A DNA stretch of 63,036 nucleotides, the filler included, from Reclinomonas americana ATCC 50394 (taxonomy: Eukaryota): assembly GCA_048213135.1 (NCBI GenBank). It is 9 parts of 3 records of this genome, joined end to end, with 100 filler letters (N's around TTAATTAATTAA, not from the genome) between each part and the next. Parts side by side here need not be neighbours in the genome. Positions count along the whole stretch, not along the records: positions 9,455 to 19,250 come from PS015367.1; positions 19,351 to 35,196 come from PS015367.1; 7 more parts are not named here. One strand, written 5' to 3'. Made by a program: the position numbers and the translations under genes. Position 1 is the first letter of the stretch, and each line of letters starts with the position of its first letter. Below, piece by piece: positions 14,074 through 25,196 of this stretch. The notes beneath the pieces were generated by a model. The model saw nothing but the letters and a program-made list of their open reading frames with translations. It did no database searches and was not told the origin of the DNA.

Positions 14074-14350
14074 TGCACAGAAGAAAGAACAAAAAACGAC
14101 ACAGAGTGAGGAAAAGGAGAAGAAAACTTGCAAAGACGGAGCAATGAGGCATCGCTGGCAAATGCCTGGCATGAGAGGGGAGACAGAGGTGGCAGAGGCT
14201 CTGACAAGAAGCAAGCATGAAAACAAGAGCAAAGCGGCACGAATTGAGAAGTCATAAGACGAAGGAAAGTACGCAAGGGCGCAAGACAATGATGTAGATA
14301 ACTGAGGAGCCGAGCTGGGGAGCACGGGAGAACGATAAGAGACAGGTGTC

Positions 14351-14385
<35 letters not shown>

Positions 14386-14409
14386 AAGACAACTCACCGC
14401 CTCGGCGAA
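12617..14409 (-). CDS. HAAO: 3-hydroxyanthranilate 3,4-dioxygenase, copy A (5' part lost in gap)
   Basis: Exons ..14398, 13783-13606, 13110-12907, 12841-12617 give [45 protein letters not shown]. One GC-AG intron; TAA stop. Confidence 0.9.
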
Positions 14410-14496
14410 NNNNNNNNNNNNNNNNNNNNNNNNNNNNNNNNNNNNNNNNNNNNNNNNNNNNNNNNNNNNNNNNNNNNNNNNNNNNNNNNNNNNNNN

Positions 14497-14577
<81 letters not shown>

Positions 14578-14635
14578 ATCAATGAAGATCCGATCCTCAG
14601 ATGCATCTCACTCTCTTCCCCCTTGTCTCACACAG

Positions 14636-15726
14636 ATCATGTTCGTTGGAGGCCGACACGACAACGATCGGTCTGCTCTCTCACACACACCCGTCGCCCC
14701 TCCCACACACTCACTCTCTCACTGCAGATCCGACTATCACATTGAGGAGGGCGAGGAGTTCTTCTATCAGCTGCAGGGCGACATGGAGCTGTGGGTGGTG
14801 GAGCGTGGGCGTCCACGAACAGTGCGCATTCGTGAGGGCGAGATGTTTGTGTTGCCTGGGAGAGTGCCGCATTCGCCGAGGCGGTGAGTTGTCTGGAAAG
14901 AGAGGGAGGGAGAGAAGAGGGCACTTGTCTCCGATCGTTCACCCCGCCTCTCTCCCCCTCACCTCCCCTTCTCCCCGCCCTTCCACAGCGTGGCCAACAC
15001 CATCGGCCTGGTCATCGAACGCACCCGCCTCCCCGGCGAAATGGACGCCCTCCGATGGTACGTCCGCGGCATTCCCGACGACGAACCCCCTCGCGTGCTC
15101 TACGAACAGTGGTTCGTGTGCGAGGACCTCGGCACGCAGCTGGTGCCGGCGATTCGCGCCTTCAAGGTATGCGGGGAGGAAAGGAATGAGTCTCCCTTCC
15201 CCCCCCCACCCTTCCCCCACCCTTCCCCCTCCCAGGAATCCGACGCCTTCCACACCAACACCCCCCACCCGCCCGGCACCTCCGGCGCCCCCCTCTCGCA
15301 CCTCCCCTTCCCCCTCGACATCACCACCGCCCTCGGCGACCCCGTCAACCTGCACGCCTGGGCCGACGCCCAGGGACCCGGCGTGCACCAATTCTCCGCC
15401 CGTGGCGAGTCGCACGTGTTCTTCCTGCAGGGCACCAAGGCAAGCCAGCGCTTGTGCAGAGTGCGATTCACTTCCAGCTCACTTCTCTACGCCCTGCACA
15501 GGAGTCGCTGTCGGTTCCGGCGACCTCCGACGACGAGCAACTGTGGATCTATTGCATGTCGGGCGCGGCGCACGTGGCCGCCGGCGACGGGCACTCGCAC
15601 GAGCTGAGCACAGGCGGCTCCCTGCTGCTTCTGCGCACCGCGCAAGTCGACGTGGAGACCGGCAGCGCCGAGGCCAAGCACCTGACACTCGTATTCTACA
15701 TGGTCCCTTCTGCACGTGACAAGTAA
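14636..15726 (+). CDS. HAAO: 3-hydroxyanthranilate 3,4-dioxygenase, copy B (5' exon(s) missing)
   Basis: Exons 14636-14670, 14728-14883, 14989-15166, 15236-15439, 15502-15726. Hallmark motifs [44 protein letters not shown], with a C-terminal extension. Confidence 0.93.
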
Positions 15727-15869
15727 ACATTGTACGAGCTGGCAGTGCCGAGGTCAAGCGCCTTACGTATTCTACATGGTCACTTCTGCACATGACAAGT
15801 ACGCCGAGCACAGGTGGCAGTGGCGAGCCTCGTGAGCGAAGACAACGTGATCCTCTGGACGGGGCAGCT

Positions 15870-16002
15870 GTCGCTCATCGGTCGAGTATTTTGTCTGCAG
15901 ATTACACGGCTGCAGAAAAAGTATCACATTGTGTTGGTGATTGACGGGTTGGACGAGCTGCAGAGCTTGCCATCGGCGGTGTTCCATGCATGGCACAGCT
16001 GA
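15870..16002 (+). pseudogene. Relic STAND/NACHT Walker-B fragment (mirror copy 12181-12305 on minus)
   Basis: Translates ...KKYHIVLVIDGLDELQS..., matching the hhhhDGLDE NACHT Walker B. No Walker A or flanking exons seen. Confidence 0.45.
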
Positions 16003-16248
16003 CAGCCACCGAAGTTAGGCACCTGGCACTTGAATTCTAATGGGCCTTTCCCGTTTTCTACACATGACAAGTAATTACACGAGCTGAGCACGTGTAGAGG
16101 CGGTTTACTGCTGCTCCCACGCACGGCTCAAGTCGATGTGGAGGGCGGTATGCACCTTTCTCACATTCCGATCCTGATGACAAGTGAAAATTCACTATGG
16201 CAAACACTCACAATCACTTGTCTCCTTGAGCGCACCTCTCACAGTGGG

Positions 16249-16367
16249 ATGAGGACACAACACGTCTTCGCACTGGTGCTGGTCACTGTGCTGCTGGTGT
16301 TGGGCAGCGCACAGGCCGCAAATCCAGTCATTAATACCTTCACACTGCTCACTGTGAGCGACACGCG
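16249..16367 (+). CDS. Second copy of the signal-peptide exon of the giant repeat protein
   Basis: Same peptide as 11905-11787, followed by a GTGAGT donor; downstream sequence runs into a gap. Confidence 0.7.
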
Positions 16368-16761
16368 GTGAGTGAGCGAGCGTGCGTGTGTGTGGGAGGG
16401 AGAGAGAGAGGGAGTGGGGAAGAGAGTGTGTGTTGTGTGTGAGTGAGTGAGAGGGTGATGCGGAGTGCACATGGTCGATGGTTGGTTTTTGGCGCGAAAA
16501 CAGATGAAATGTGCATGTTGGTTTCGCGCGCGAATCCCTGTCACTCTCTCTCTCTCTTGTTGTTTGCTCTCTCTTGCTCACTCGCTCTCTGTCGCGCTGT
16601 TGTGTTGTGTGTGCGGAAAGTGTGTGTGCGTGGAGGAGTTGTCATTTCGAGTTCCCGCGTAATCAGTCTTATGAAGATCTTGCATTCTCTTTCACTCTCA
16701 CTCTCCACTCTGTGTTTGCTGTTCTTCAGAGCAGTGCGATCTGTGATCTTCTGTTCTCTCT

Positions 16762-16835
<74 letters not shown>

Positions 16836-17119
16836 NNNNNNNNNNNNNNNNNNNNNNNNNNNNNNNNNNNNNNNNNNNNNNNNNNNNNNNNNNNNNNNNN
16901 NNNNNNNNNNNNNNNNNNNNNNNNNNNNNNNNNNNNNNNNNNNNNNNNNNNNNNNNNNNNNNNNNNNNNNNNNNNNNNNNNNNNNNNNNNNNNNNNNNNN
17001 NNNNNNNNNNNNNNNNNNNNNNNNNNNNNNNNNNNNNNNNNNNNNNNNNNNNNNNNNNNNNNNNNNNNNNNNNNNNNNNNNNNNNNNNNNNNNNTTCTGC
17101 CACAACCTCAGCACTTCGA

Positions 17120-19250
17120 ATGCTCACATTCTTGCCGCGCCGTACTCACGTTCACACTGTCACCTGTGTGCCTCCCCCTGGCGTGGGCAGCGGATGGCGC
17201 ATCTTCGGTCCCACTGTCGCAGAAGGCGCACAATTGCGGCTATTCTCTACCAACCCCGGTTCGTTAGGTAAACCCTCGCGGGCTATCCACTGCCCGCACT
17301 TATGCTGACACAAAGTTACTGCGTGCATAGTTCTCCGCGTTCCACCGCTGTCACAGCTCGCCGACGACGTTTCGCGACTCGATGATGTGGTTCCCGCCCT
17401 TGGTGCGGAGATCAGGGCAACACAGCGACAAATTGAGGATGTGGAGAGGGAGATCAAAGCAGTGGAGGCTAAACTTTCCGTTGAGTCGCTGTCGACTGCC
17501 GATTTGCAATACCTGCGTGACAAGGAAAGCAAGCTGCGCGACAAGGAGAACAAGCTGCTTGACAAGGAGAACAAGCTGCGCGACGAGATGATCAAATTGT
17601 GCGAGGAGAATAACGGTGTCTCGGATGCCAGGAAAGCTGTCTTGCTCAACATCATACAGAGGCACGCAGACAAAGGTCAGTTAATTCACGTGCGAGCGCG
17701 CGTTGTCGCACTCGCTGGTTGCTGTTTCCTCATTACTCGCTCCCTGCAGAGACGAACCGCCGTGCACTCGCCTCACTGAGTACGTGAAGTTGTCATCCTC
17801 CAATGCCCTCACTTTCTCACTAGATTTACATCCAGAAGAGTTCCCACCAATCGAGGCCATCAAGAACGCTAGGCTCCTACGACTCAACACCGACGACGGA
17901 TCACTCGTGGAGGTACAACGCGTGGAGGACGCCACTGTCATCGAGCTCGCTGACGGCCATCTGTGGCCTCTGATTCGTTCCCGTGTCCTCTTCGTGCGTG
18001 ACTTTTATCACCGGCTGCACACCGATGTATTCGGGGAGCTGGATCGGATGCGCAGTAGAGACCAGTGCGATCGATGGGCCATCACTGGTACGCCAGGCAT
18101 CGGCAAGTCTGCTTTTGGCATGTATTTGCTGTACCGCGCCGTTGCCGCTGGCAAGACTGTTTTGTTCGAGAATGCCTCGACCGATGCTGCCTATCTCCTC
18201 ACGTCAACGGGCGTGCGCAAGGGGCCTCGGGCCATCCTGCAGGATGAGGAGGAGCAGATTGACCTGTATCTGGTCGACGGCCGACCGCCTGTTTGGCTTG
18301 AATGCTTCAGTGTGCTGATCTCGTCACCCAACCGCGAGATCTACAAGGAGTTTGTCAAGTGGCCTGGCTCATGCCAGGCCTATCTGCCTGTGCACAGTGA
18401 GGTGGAGATGGATATGCTGCGACGAGTAGCGTTTCCGCACGTGGATCGCAATGACATGCATGAGCGCTTCCACAAGTGGGGCGGCGTGCCTCGCTATGTG
18501 CTCGAGCTGGTGGGCGACGCGAACCAACATTCGGTGCAGGCGTCTTTCAGCCGATCACTCGCAATCAGTCTACTTTCCCTCTTCACGCAACCGGAGGCTG
18601 GTGAGCGTGAAATTGTCGTACATCGCCTGCTGCACTTTGCCGTGGATCGCTCGACGTTTGTGGCTCGCGGGTACACCTTTGCCTCGCAGTACGTTCTTCG
18701 TGAGCTGTGGTCCCGCCAGAAAGTGGAATCGGTGATGGCGGCCAAGGCATTTCTGGAGCGGGCCAACAGCAATGAGCTTCTCTTGCCGGCGTACGGCCAA
18801 GTGTTCGAAGAGGTGGCACACTTGGCTCTCTCGCGCGGCGGCACATTTCGCTGCCGTCGTCTGCTTCCGAAGAGCTCGAAGACGGAGCAGGTGATGATGG
18901 TGGAGGCGTTGGTGATTCCAGCGGCCGAGGCGAAGTATTTTCACAAGCTGGAGGATGTAGATCTGGGACTCCGCTGCCGTTGGCGTCCGTTCTCCACATC
19001 ATTTGCCACTGTCGACACTATTGGACCCGATGGCTCGCTGGGCAACATGACAACCAACAACAAGCATGGGCTCAAGGTAGTGCCCGCGAGTGGGGCAGGT
19101 GGCATCAAGGCGGTGGTGGATCACTTGAGACTGACGGAGGGCAGCATTCGCTTTTATTGGTTCGTGCCTGAGCGGTGCTTTGACGAATTCACGTGGCAGA
19201 CATACGAATATCCAACAAACATTGGGCAGAAGGAGAAGAAGGCGATTGAG
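17120..19250 (+). CDS. Crinkler/RHS-type effector: coiled coil + P-loop NTPase + PD-(D/E)XK-like REase domain (3' truncated by gap)
   Basis: Exons ~17120-17267, 17331-17675, 17750-17779, 17824->19250. LRDKE repeats; ITGTPGIGKS Walker A; YLVDG; ISSPN; YLPVHS..E; WGGVPRYV; FASQYV; GQVFE..AH; FATVD..; MT....H; FYWFVP. The start exon is uncertain. Confidence 0.8.
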
Positions 19251-19834
19251 NNNNNNNNNNNNNNNNNNNNNNNNNNNNNNNNNNNNNNNNNNNNTTAATT
19301 AATTAANNNNNNNNNNNNNNNNNNNNNNNNNNNNNNNNNNNNNNNNNNNNGCCGTATCGAGTTACATTAAGATCTTAAACAACTCAGCAAACACGGCAAG
19401 TACAGTCGACAGCAGATTAATATAAATCTGCAACCAGCGACGCAACCTCACGATGATTCCGATGCAAGACGCCGAGTGGCTCGCTTCTTGGTCAACGAAC
19501 AGAGTTGATTACAGTTCTTGCTCTCGTTCTAGCAATTCAAGATCTCAATACGACCCTGCTGCCGATAGAGATCTAGAGTCTAGACATGAATTGAGTTGCC
19601 AACCGCTCGGGCCGACAGACCAGCGGCAGGGCGCGAGCATGGTAACAGGCCGAGATACGCATGTGTGGATCTGTACTCCGACGCAGATACATACCAGTGA
19701 GGTGTGGTCAGATCATTTGACTCGAATGCTGTTGTGATGATGGAGACTGGAAATCATGCTGGCGAGCACTGCATACCGCAGTGTTGTTGGGTGTTCCAGA
19801 ACAACAGCAGGATATGATTCAATCACACGTTCAT

Positions 19835-22800
19835 TCAGAGAAGGGTGCAGTTCTTGCTCTGCTTCGAGTGGGAAAAGTCAGGTGCGACACGTCCGATCAC
19901 TCGCTCCAATAGTTCGCCGTGTCCATGCCACCGATAAACATGAATGGAGCTGCCAACTACTCGAGCTGTGAGACCAGCGGATGGGCACGAACATGGCAGC
20001 AAGCGGTCAAGATAAACTTGCGTACTCCGACGCAGCTCCTTGCCAGTTGCCAATGACCACACGCGCACTGATTTGCTGTCACCACTCACAAGGTTATGAC
20101 CATCGGGAGTGATAGCAACACATAGCACACTGCCAGTGTGTCCCTCGAACCGTCTCACTTCTTCGCCACTAGCCAATAACTACACTCGTACAGTCTTGTC
20201 GTGACTTCCACTCACGGCATGCAGACCATCGGGAGTGACGGCGACCGCATTCACCGATCCCTTGTGGCCAGTCAAACAGTGCATTTCTGCTCCGCTCGCC
20301 AATGACCACACTCGCACTGCCCAGTCCCCACACCCGCTGACGAGGAGCTGACCATCGGGAGAGAGGGCGACTGACATCACCCATCGTGTTACAAATCGTC
20401 GCACTAGCTCTCCACTCGTCAGTGACCACACGCGTACAGAATTGTCACTGCAAACACTCACAATGTGATGACTATCGGGCGTGACGGCGACAGACTGCAC
20501 CACTTTGGGGTGTCCCTTCAGCCGTCGAACTTCTTCTCCACTCGCCACAGACTACCTGCACTTACAATGTGATGACCACCTGGAGCGACGACGACGGACG
20601 TCAAATCTACTGGGTGTCCCTCTATTCGTCGCACAGCCTCTCCACTTGCCGCAGACCACACCCGAATCGTCTTGTCAAAGCTACAACTCACGATGCACTG
20701 ACAATCGGGAGTGACGGCGACAGACAGGACATGGTCAGCATGCCCCACAAACCTCCGAACTTCTTCTCCACTCGATAATGACCACACTCGCACTGTCTTG
20801 TCAAATCCCCCACTCACAATATGCTGGCCGTCGGACGTGACAGCAACTGACAGAACAAAGCCAGTATGACCCACAAAACGGCGCACTTCTTCACCACTCG
20901 CCAGCGACCACACACGCACTGTGTTGTCCCAACTCCCACTAACGATGTGACTGTCGGGGGTGACGGCAACAGACAACACTCGGCTGGCGTGACCCTCGAA
21001 TAGTCGCACCTCTTCGCCGGTTGCCAACGACCACACGCGAACTGTTGTGTCATGGCTCCCACTCNNNNNNNNNNNNNNNNNNNNNNNNNNNNNNNNNNNN
21101 NNNNNNNNNNNNNNNNNNNNNNNNNNNNNNNNNNNNNNNNNNNNNNNNNNNNNNNNNNNNNNNNNNNNNNNNNNNNNNNNNNNNNNNNNNNNNNNNNNNN
21201 NNNNNNNNNNNNNNNNNNNNATACAATGTACAGACTATCGGGAGTGATGGCGACCGACATAACAACGCTAGTGTGTCCCTCCAATCGTCGTATTTCCTCT
21301 CCACTCGCCAGTGACCACACACGCACCGTGGTGTCCTCGCTCCCACTCGCAACGTGCAGACTGTCGGGAGCGATGGCTACAGAGAGTACTCTCCTAGAAT
21401 GGCCCACCAATCGTCGCACCTCCAAGAAACTCGTCAGTGACCACAGTCTGACCGTCCCGTCATCACTCCCACTCACAACAAACTGACTATCTTGAGTGAC
21501 GGCAGCAGAATTCACTCCCCCAATCCGTACATCCAACCGTCGCACTTCTACCCCTGTCGCCAGTGACCACATTCGCACTGTGCTGTCCTCGCTCCCACTG
21601 ACAATATGCTGGCCGTCGGAGGTGACCGTGACGGAGTACACTGCATCAGTGTGCCCCTTCATTGGCTTTGTTGGCCACCTCACTCCCGTCACATCCGCCC
21701 CTCTGAAATCTGCCTCCCTCGCATACGCCATGCACACATTCACCCCACGCAAATCCGCCCCCCTCCACACCGTCCTGTGCATCACCGCATCTCTCAAATC
21801 CGCACCCCTCACTCGCACACTCGACAGATCTCGCCCACTGAACGACACTTGAGCCACACACAAAACCGTTGCTGCATTCGCTGATGCCGTTACCACTCGC
21901 TCCTCATCCACCTCTCGTGAAATCTCGATCACCTCCCACAATCTCGCTTGCAATCGAGGAGACCGTCGCACCACCTCGGCCATCTGCTCTACCAACGATG
22001 GTCGATCATTCAGCAATCGCACTGCCAGCACATGCTGTTGCACATCTTCCACCGTCAATCTTCTCTCCTCATCCCAAGTCTCCCACGCAAACACATGCCG
22101 TGCCACACAGTGCTCCAACAACGACAGGTGCACGAATCCCCACTGATCCGTCCCATACCGTCGTACAATTGGACAACACACTCGCACATGCTGGAATCTG
22201 TCACCAAAAAACTTTTCGAATGGTCGTTCGTGCACATGTACAGCAGCAGCAGTGACGACGAATGGTGCACCGCCCAGCTCAATCACCTCCTCGTTACTGC
22301 TAGCCCGCCCGTCCCACATGGCTCGTACAACATTCTTCTCATGCATTAATCGTGCCAGCCCTTCGCAGAAAGCCAAACATGCTTCTAATGTCGGTATACG
22401 AGCCGCACCGAGACGCGTCTGCCTCTTCTGTTCCCTCTCAATCCACTGTCGAATGAATCGGTCAAACACATCACACCGAGTCGGTCGCTCAATCGCCCCG
22501 TTCGCCTTCAATTGCGGCAACACACGAGCCACCACTGAGAGCATGAATGGATTCGTGATCAACGATTGCACCCCGTGCAATCCGCGTAGCGCCTGCCGAT
22601 ATTCGTCCACTGTCTGCCATTCCGCCGACTGAAAAGTGACAAAGTGTTCAAGATAGTCATCAATCTGGGCGTCACTGAACGGCTCCACTGTGCGGCCTAC
22701 CAACAGCTGCATGTCAACCCGTTCACTGCCGTGTGTGGGAACAAAGAAGCGACGGTAGTCAGCGCCACCCAAACCCATGCCTGCTGCATAGTCCGCACGA

Positions 22801-24542
22801 CAAGTCACTATGACTTTAACATCTGTACATCCGCGAAGCTGTCGTCGCACACCGATCAGTCACCAAACTTCACGAGCAACAATTAGACGAAGAGGGGAAA
22901 GCACACCTGAGCCGTGTCCATCAGATTGATCTCTCGGTACAGCTCATCATACCCATCTAACAGTAGCAACAGTGGTATCTGCTTGACGCGCTGCACGGCA
23001 ACCTCCGGCCATGTCGCCGGTAGCACTTCTTCAAGCATACGATGCTCAACGTCACGCAAAGCAGACAGTGGCACACGCAGCGGCAGCCGAGGACTGCGCC
23101 CTTCTCGATACGCTCGCCACGAGTGATCCGCCATCACCGTCATCGCTGTTGTCTTGCCGGCTCCACTGTTACCAAGGAACAGCAACACGCGAGCTCGGTT
23201 GTCAACGGCAACAAATGCATCAACTTCCGAGAGCAAATCGCGCGACACTCCACCGACTGTTGTCAGCAGCGGCACATACATCTGCAGCGTATTGCGCTAG
23301 CTCTCGTCCTCGCGAAATGCTGATGACTCGCGCTCACTGTAGCTCGCAAGCAAAGTGGCGAATGCCGCGTCGGAAAGGCCATTTCGTCCTGAGGAATGTT
23401 GCTCATTTGAGCCACGGAAGCAATCAGTGACCTCACATCAGACTCACTTGTTCGAATGTCATCTAGCAAGGCACGACAGTGGGCGAGCATGGCATATCCA
23501 AGCTCAAGCAATGAGATGGCCGTCACCATACGACCCTCAAAAACACCGTCGCCGAGCAAGTCGGTAACTTCATCGGCTGCGGCGACAGGCTGTTCTCGAT
23601 GGCCAATAACAGTGTGGCGAATATCACGCAGTGTCTCCACCGCCCGACGCTGCACACTCAACATGAGCAGCTTGAAAGACAGCGCACATACAGAGAAGAG
23701 TACACCGACCTCCTCATCCGAGGGGAGAAGGAAATGAGTGCTGTCGTCATCCTCCACGATTCCTCCGTTCACCAGGATCGCGCAGAGTGCCGTCAAGTCG
23801 AAAGGCGGGCACGGCGGCGCGCTGGTGGGATCTGCTTCAAACGCAGCCTTCCAGGTGAGCACATGAGCTCGCTGCTCACTGTGCTGCAAGAAGACGTGAT
23901 TGCCGCTGGGTCTGTAGCTGCGAGGATGTACAAATCTTTGTTGATGAGAGGATGAAGCGGATGGAAAACAGTAACACCACAAACCGCGCGGGAATCTCCC
24001 GGACAGTCTTGCAGCACCACGCCTCATCAACGCGCATGGTGGGATGAAGGCGGCAGAACGCGGGCAGTGCTGAACGGAGTCGCGCAGCAAGCGCATCTCT
24101 GACAATCCCCATGGCAGCTTGCAGAAGAGTGTAATTGTTTGCTCTTTTCGGACACACGAAGCAAATGAGATGCACATCGCTCCCCACATGGATACACACA
24201 AACCACGTACCCACTATCCTCCACATCCACCGTCATCGTGGTTTCCGCTGTGATGCCGAGTTCACGCAGTGTGGCTTCGTTTGTCGTCTGCAGCATTACA
24301 TCCGACCGCACTCGCACACGCGCATCCTTGGCGACGCCGAGCAGCTGCAGGCCGCGCTGCACCAGGTCACACAGTCGCGTGTTGCCAGTAACGTCGGGTA
24401 GCGTGGTGCGCGAGGTGCCGTCGGCGAGGCAAAAGTGGACAGCGAAGGACTGCACGGAAATAACAGAAGAGGTGAGAAAGAGCGGAAGAAGGGCACGACG
24501 GGAGACCACGCCAAGACAAGAGGATCGCAGACGCAAACGCAT
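19835..24542 (-). CDS. NLR-like STAND protein: ubiquitin-like domain + HEPN-like domain + NACHT + pentapeptide repeats + ~13 WD40 repeats; carries lesions (possible pseudogene)
   Basis: Exons ..24211, 24143-23985, 23935-23710, 23649-~23448, ~23388-22907, 22838-... Walker A LGNSGAGKT, Walker B LLLLDGYDEL, VIVTCR, NPFML, FVHLSLLEH, ANAATVL..SFSGRDLS..ADLR pentapeptides, GH..V.SVA.TPD...VSGS.D.TVRVW repeats. Frameshifting deletion at ~20550, TAG at 20180-20182, possible in-frame TAG at 23297-23299. Start codon uncertain. Confidence 0.85.
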
Positions 24543-25196
24543 AACCACAGCGCCAGTGCGAGAGAGCGAGGATGCAAGTGGGAGAGAAAGCGAGAAGGGA
24601 GGTTTTGCACTCTTGCGAGCAAGACCGCGAGGGAAACCATCAACAGCATACAAACTTCTCAATGCGCCGCCACCCTCTCATCACAACAGCGCGCAACATA
24701 GATACGAGCAGAGACAGTTCTTCACTCTTCTCTCTCATTCACAAACATCTGCGTCCCCTTCCTCACTTACTTCACACTCCTTCCGCCGCTCTCTCTCTCT
24801 CTCTCTGTGTCACACGCACACACTGTCATGCACTCCCCTTCTTCTTTCTCGCACTCTGCAGTTATCAGCCGTTCCCTCTCCTTCCGCCACACTGCTCTCT
24901 ACTCTCTCCCACATGTCTTCTTGTTTCTCCCTCACATACTATATGTGCGTCCCCCACTCTCCGGTCCACACATTCTCACTTCTCTCGCTCTCAAACCCTC
25001 CCTCCCTCCGTCGCACACACACACACGCACGCACGCACACAAAACACACACCATCTCTCTCAGAGAAACAAAGCAAGTCAGGTTCCACCCATCAATCAAA
25101 CCAACCAACTCTCTCTAATCTCACCTTCTCACGCTCGGTGATTCTCTCTCTCTCTCGCACCTACACAAAAGCCTTTTAGAGAGACATACACAGACA

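Larger units (their letters stand above)
11061..16835. repeat. Large inverted duplication (arms ~11.2-14.4 kb and ~14.9-16.8 kb) carrying HAAO and exon 1 of the giant protein
   Basis: Exons are near-identical reverse complements; the arms meet near the N gap 14410-14495. Confidence 0.9.

Noticed and set aside
20180..23299. TAG reassigned to a sense codon (two in-frame TAGs in the NLR, one at a conserved Trp)
   Set aside because: The same gene has a frameshift, the other genes' modelled exons contain no in-frame TAG over thousands of codons, and the RING gene model ends in TAG. Decay is the simpler explanation.
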